Origin: the human T2T-CHM13v2.0 reference genome, Homo sapiens
NCBI RefSeq assembly: GCF_009914755.1
Contig: NC_060933.1
Reading direction: 5' to 3' (one strand)
Length of the DNA stretch: 64,000 bases
A program made the translations under genes and the position numbers. Position 1 is the first letter of the stretch. Every line of letters begins with the position of its first letter. Positions 59,741 through 64,000 of this stretch are shown one piece after another. Below the pieces are notes generated by a model that saw only the letters and a list, made by a program, of their open reading frames with translations, made no database searches and was not told the origin of the DNA.

Positions 59741-62109
59741 ATTCCATTGCATTCCATTCCATTCCATTCCTTTCCGTTCCATTCCATTCCATTCCATTCC
59801 ATTCCATGCCATTCCGTTCCGTTCCGTTCCGTTCCATTCCATTCCATTCCATTCTATTCGGGTTAATTCCATTCCATTCCATTCAACTGCATTCGAGTTG
59901 ATTCCATTCCATTCCATTCCATTCCATTCCATTCCATTGCATTCCATTCCTTTCCATTCCATTACGGATGATTCCATTCCATTGCATTCCATTCCATTCC
60001 ATTCCCCTGTACTCGGGTTGATTCCATTCCATTCCATTCCAATCCATGCCATTCCACTCGTGTTGATTCCATTCTTTCCATTCCATTCAAGTTGAATCCA
60101 TTCCATTGCATTCCATTCCATTCCATTCCCCTGCAGTCTGGTTGATTCCATTCCATTCCATTCCATTCCATTCCATTCGATTCCATTCCATTCCGTTCCG
60201 TTCCATTCCATTTCATTCCATTCCATTCTATTCGGGTTAATTCCATTCCATTCCATTCCGTTCCATTCCATTCCAATCGAGTTGATTCCATTCCATTCCA
60301 TTCCATTCCATTCCACTCCATTCCAGTCCTTTCCATTCCATTCCACTCGGGTTGATTCCAATGTATTCCTTTCCAGTCCATTCCATTCCATTGCAATCGA
60401 GTTGATTCCATTGCTTTGCATTCCATTCCATTCCATTCCATTCCGGATGATTCCATTCCATTCCATTCGGATTGATTCTATTCAATTCCCTTACACTCCA
60501 TTACATTCCATTCCATTCGGGTAGTTTCCATTCCATTCCATTCCATTCCTCTCCATTCCATTGCACTCGGGTTGATTCCATTCCATTCCACTCCATTCCA
60601 TTCTATTACATTACGTTCCATTCCATTCCGTTCCATTGTACTAGGGTTGATTCCATTCCATTGCATTCCATTCCATTCCATTCCATTCCATTCCATTCCA
60701 TTCCATTCCATTCGATTCCATTCCATTCCAATTCTTTCCATTCCATTCTATTCCGTACCATTCCATTCCATTCCATACAATTCCATTACATTCCATTCCA
60801 CTCCATTCCGTTCCGTTCTGTTCTGTTCCGTTCCATTCCATTCCATTCCATTCTATTCGGTTTAATTCCATTCCATTCCATTCCATTCCATTCCATTCTA
60901 TTTCATTCCATGGCAATCGAGCTGAATCCATTCCATTCCATTCCATTCCATTCCATTCCATTCCATTCCATTCCGGAAGATTCCATTCCATTGCATTCCA
61001 TTCCATTCAATTCCATTCAATTCCATTCCATTCCATTCCGGAAGATTCCATTCCATTGCATTCCATTCCATTCAATTCCATTCCATTCCATTCCATTCCA
61101 TTGTACTCGGGTTGATTCCATTCCATTGCATTCCATTCCATTCCATTCCATTCCATTCCATTCCGTTCCATTCCATTCCATTACATTCGGATTGATTCTT
61201 TTCAACTCCCTTACTCTCTATTACATTCCATTCCATTCGGGTTGTTCCATTCCATTCCATTCCATTCCACTCCATTCCATTGCACTCGGGTTGATTCCAT
61301 TCCATTCCATTCCATTCCATTCCGGATGATTCCATTCCATTGCATTCCGTTCCATTACATTCCCTTGCACTCGGGTTGATTCCATTCCATTCCTTTCCAT
61401 TCCATTCGATTCCATTCCATTCCCCTGCACTCGCGTTGATTCCATTCCATTCCATTCCATTCCATTCCATTCCATTCCATTCCATTCCATTCAATTCCTT
61501 TCCGTTCCATTCCATTCCATTCCATTCCATTCCGTTCCGTTCCATTCCATTCCATTCCATTCTACTCGGGTTAATTCCATTCCATTCCATTCGATTGCAA
61601 TCGAGTTGATTCCATTCCATTCCATTCCATTCCATTCCATTCCATTCCATTCCAGTCCTTTCCATTCCTTTCCATTCCATTACTGATGATTCCATTCCAT
61701 TGCATTCCATTCCATTCCATTCTCCTGTACTCGGGTTGATTCCATTCCATTCCATTCCAATTCATGCCATTCCACTCGTGTTGATTCCATTCTTTCCTTT
61801 CCATTCAAGTTGAATCCATTCCATTGTATTCCATTCCATTCGATTCCATTCGATTGCAGACGGGTTGATTCCATTCCATTGCATTCCATTCCATTCCATT
61901 CCATTCCATTCCATTCCGTTCCATTCCATTTCATTACATTCAGATTGATTCTATTGAATTCCCTTACACTCCATTATATTCCAATACATTCTGGTTGTTT
62001 CCATTCCTTTCCATTCCATTTCACTCCATTCCATTGCACTCGGGTTGATTCCATTCCATTCCATTCCATTGCATTCCATTCCATTCCATTCCGGATGATT
62101 TCATTCGAT

Positions 62110-64000
62110 TGCATTCCATTCCATTCCATTCCCCTGCACTCGGGTTGATTCCATTCCATTCCATTCCATTACATTCCGTTCCATTCCATTCCATTCCATT
62201 CGGATTGATTCTATTCAATTCCCTTACACTCCATTACATTCCATTCCATTCGGGTAGTTTCCATTCCATTCCATTCCATTCCTCTCCATTCCATTGCACT
62301 CGGGTTGATTCCATTCCATTCCATTCCATTCCATTCCATTACATTACATTCCATTCCATTCCGTTCCATTGTACTCGGGTTGATTCCATTCCATTGCATT
62401 CCATTCCATTCCATTCCATTCCATTCCGTTCCATTCCATTACATTCGGATTGATTCTATTCAACTCCCTTACTCTCCATTACATTCCATTCCATTCGGGT
62501 TGTTCCATTCCATTCCATTCCATTCCACTCCATTCCATTGCACTCGGGTTGATTCCATTCCATTCCATTCCATTCCATTCCATTCCATTCCATTCCATTC
62601 CGGATGATTCCATTCCATTGCATTCCGTTCCATTACATTCCCCTGCACTCGGGTTGATTCCATTCCATTCCATTCCATTCCATTCGATTCCATTCCATTC
62701 CAATTCTTTCCATTCCATTCTATTCCGTACCATGCCATTCCATTCCATACAATTCCATTCCATTCCATTCCACTCCGTTCCGTTCCGTTCCGTTCCATTC
62801 CATTCCATTCCATTCTATTCGGGTTAATTCCATTCCATTCCATTCGATTGCAATCGAGTTGATTCCATTTCATTCCATTCCATTCCATTCCATTCCATTC
62901 CTTTCCATTACATTACGGATGATTCCATTCCATTGCATTCCATTCCATTCCATTCCCCTGTACTCGGGTTGTTTCCATTCCATTCCATTCCAATCCATGC
63001 CATTCCACTCGTGTTGATTCCATTCTTTCCATTCCATTCAAGTTGAATCCATTCCATTGCATTCCTTTCCATTCGATTCCATTCAATTGCACTCGGGTTG
63101 ATTCCATTCCATTGCATTCCATTCCATTCCCTTCCATTCCATTCCATTCCATTTCATTCCATTCCGTTCCATTCCATTCCATTACATTCGGATTGATTCT
63201 ATTCAATTCCCTTACACTCCATTACATTCCATTCCATTCGGGTAGTTTCCATTCCATTCCATTCCATTCCTCTCCATTCCATTGAACTCGGGTTGATTCC
63301 ATTCCATTGCATTCCATTCCATTCCATTCAATTCCATTCCGTTCCATTCCATTCCATTACATTCGGATTGACTCTATTCAACTCCCTTACTCTCCATTAC
63401 ATTCCATTCCATTCGGGTTGTTCCAATCCATTCCATTCCATTCCACTCCATTCCATTGCACTCGGGTTTATTCCATTCCATTCCATTCCATTCCATTCCA
63501 TTCCATTCCGGAAGATTCCATTCCATTGCATTCCATTCCATTCCATTCCCCTGCACTCGCGTTGATTCCATTCCATTCCATTCCATTCCATTCCATTCCT
63601 TTCCATTCCATTCCTTTCCGTTCCATTCCATTCCATTCCATTCTATTCCATTCCATTCCGTTCCGTTCCTTTCCGTTCCATTCCATTCCATTCCATTCTA
63701 TTCGGGTTAATTCCATTCCATTCCATTCGGTTGCAATCGAGTTGATTCCATTCCATTCCATTCCATTCCATTCCATTCCATTCCATTCCTTTCCATTCCA
63801 TTACGGATGATTCCATTCCATTGCATTCCATTCCATTCCATTCCCCTGTACTCGGGTTCATTCCATTCCATTCCAATCCATGCCATTCCACTCGTGTTGA
63901 TTCCATTCTTTCCATTCCATTCAAGTTGAATCCATTCCATTGCATTCCATTCCATTCCATTCCCCTGCAGTCGGGTTGTTTCCATTCCATTCCATTCCGT
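62110..64000 (+). repeat. Distant paralogous copy of block ~2960-5020 (offset ~59.0 kb); runs off the window end
   Basis: CGTACCATGCC..CATACAATT 3741/62726, ATTCCTTTCCATTCGATT 4081/63061, ATTCGGATTGACTCT 4371/63361, TTCGGTTGCAATC 4731/63726, TCGGGTTGTTTCC 4991/63971. Confidence 0.85.

Larger units (their letters stand above)
1..64000 (+). repeat. Human/hominid Satellite 3 (HSat3, satellite III) array, (CATTC)n on + strand, one orientation throughout
   Basis: Continuous CATTC/ATTCC pentamers from base 1 to 64000. They are interrupted by ACTCGGGTTG (reverse complement CAACCCGAGT, the classical satellite III interspersed decamer) and relatives (ACTCGCGTTG, ACTCGTGTTG, AATCGAGTTG, ATTCGGGTTA). 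G is strongly depleted on +. The ~23-26 bp CATTCGATTC/GATGAT periodicity of HSat2 is absent. Confidence 0.97.

Noticed and set aside
1-64000. Hundreds of 60-310 aa ORFs on both strands
   Set aside because: A 5-bp repeat with no stop codon gives the same 5-aa repeat (IPFHS / MEWNG) in all frames. The ORFs overlap in all six frames, have no domain-like content, and end wherever a variant creates a stop.
1-64000. HSat2, DYZ1-type Y satellite, alpha satellite or telomeric repeat
   Set aside because: There is no dominant CATTCGATTC/GATGAT 23-26 bp unit, no 171-bp monomer and no TTAGGG tract. Pentamer purity, frequent CAACCCGAGT and irregular cycle length do not fit the regular 3.6-kb DYZ1 unit as I recall it. 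The exact subfamily is left unassigned.
1-64000. Alu/L1/ERV insertion or inversion breakpoint
   Set aside because: I saw no poly-A tail, no non-satellite stretch and no switch to (GGAAT)n on the + strand.
1-64000. Annotating a SatIII lncRNA gene here
   Set aside because: Transcription of this particular array, and its start and end, cannot be read from sequence.
1-64000. Synthetic sequence or sequencing artefact
   Set aside because: Nested shared variants, two-strand CpG decay and ordered modules are what an evolved satellite shows. Individual duplications still need read-level confirmation.

Overview
The whole 64-kb window is one uninterrupted, single-orientation tract of primate (almost certainly human) classical Satellite 3 (HSat3/SatIII). 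The + strand is (CATTC)n and the - strand is (GGAAT)n, punctuated every ~50-100 bp by the diagnostic decamer ACTCGGGTTG (= CAACCCGAGT) and its variants. I find no protein-coding gene, RNA gene, transposon insertion, CRISPR array or strand switch. The ORF track is an artefact of a 5-bp repeat that reads as poly-IPFHS / poly-MEWNG. I cannot support a new gene-based system here. The real structure is: (1) a degenerate ~2.7-4 kb higher-order cycle of recognisable modules; (2) many nested duplications, including a 4.6-kb tandem duplication with a mappable junction and paralogous blocks ~33 kb and ~59 kb apart; (3) about 43 perfect three-unit heat-shock elements (aTTCc-gGAAg-aTTCc), each created by one inverted pentamer, roughly one per 1.5 kb. 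All counts and coordinates were read by eye and may be off by a few bases or copies. Chromosome and HSat3 subfamily cannot be assigned without a k-mer or alignment search.
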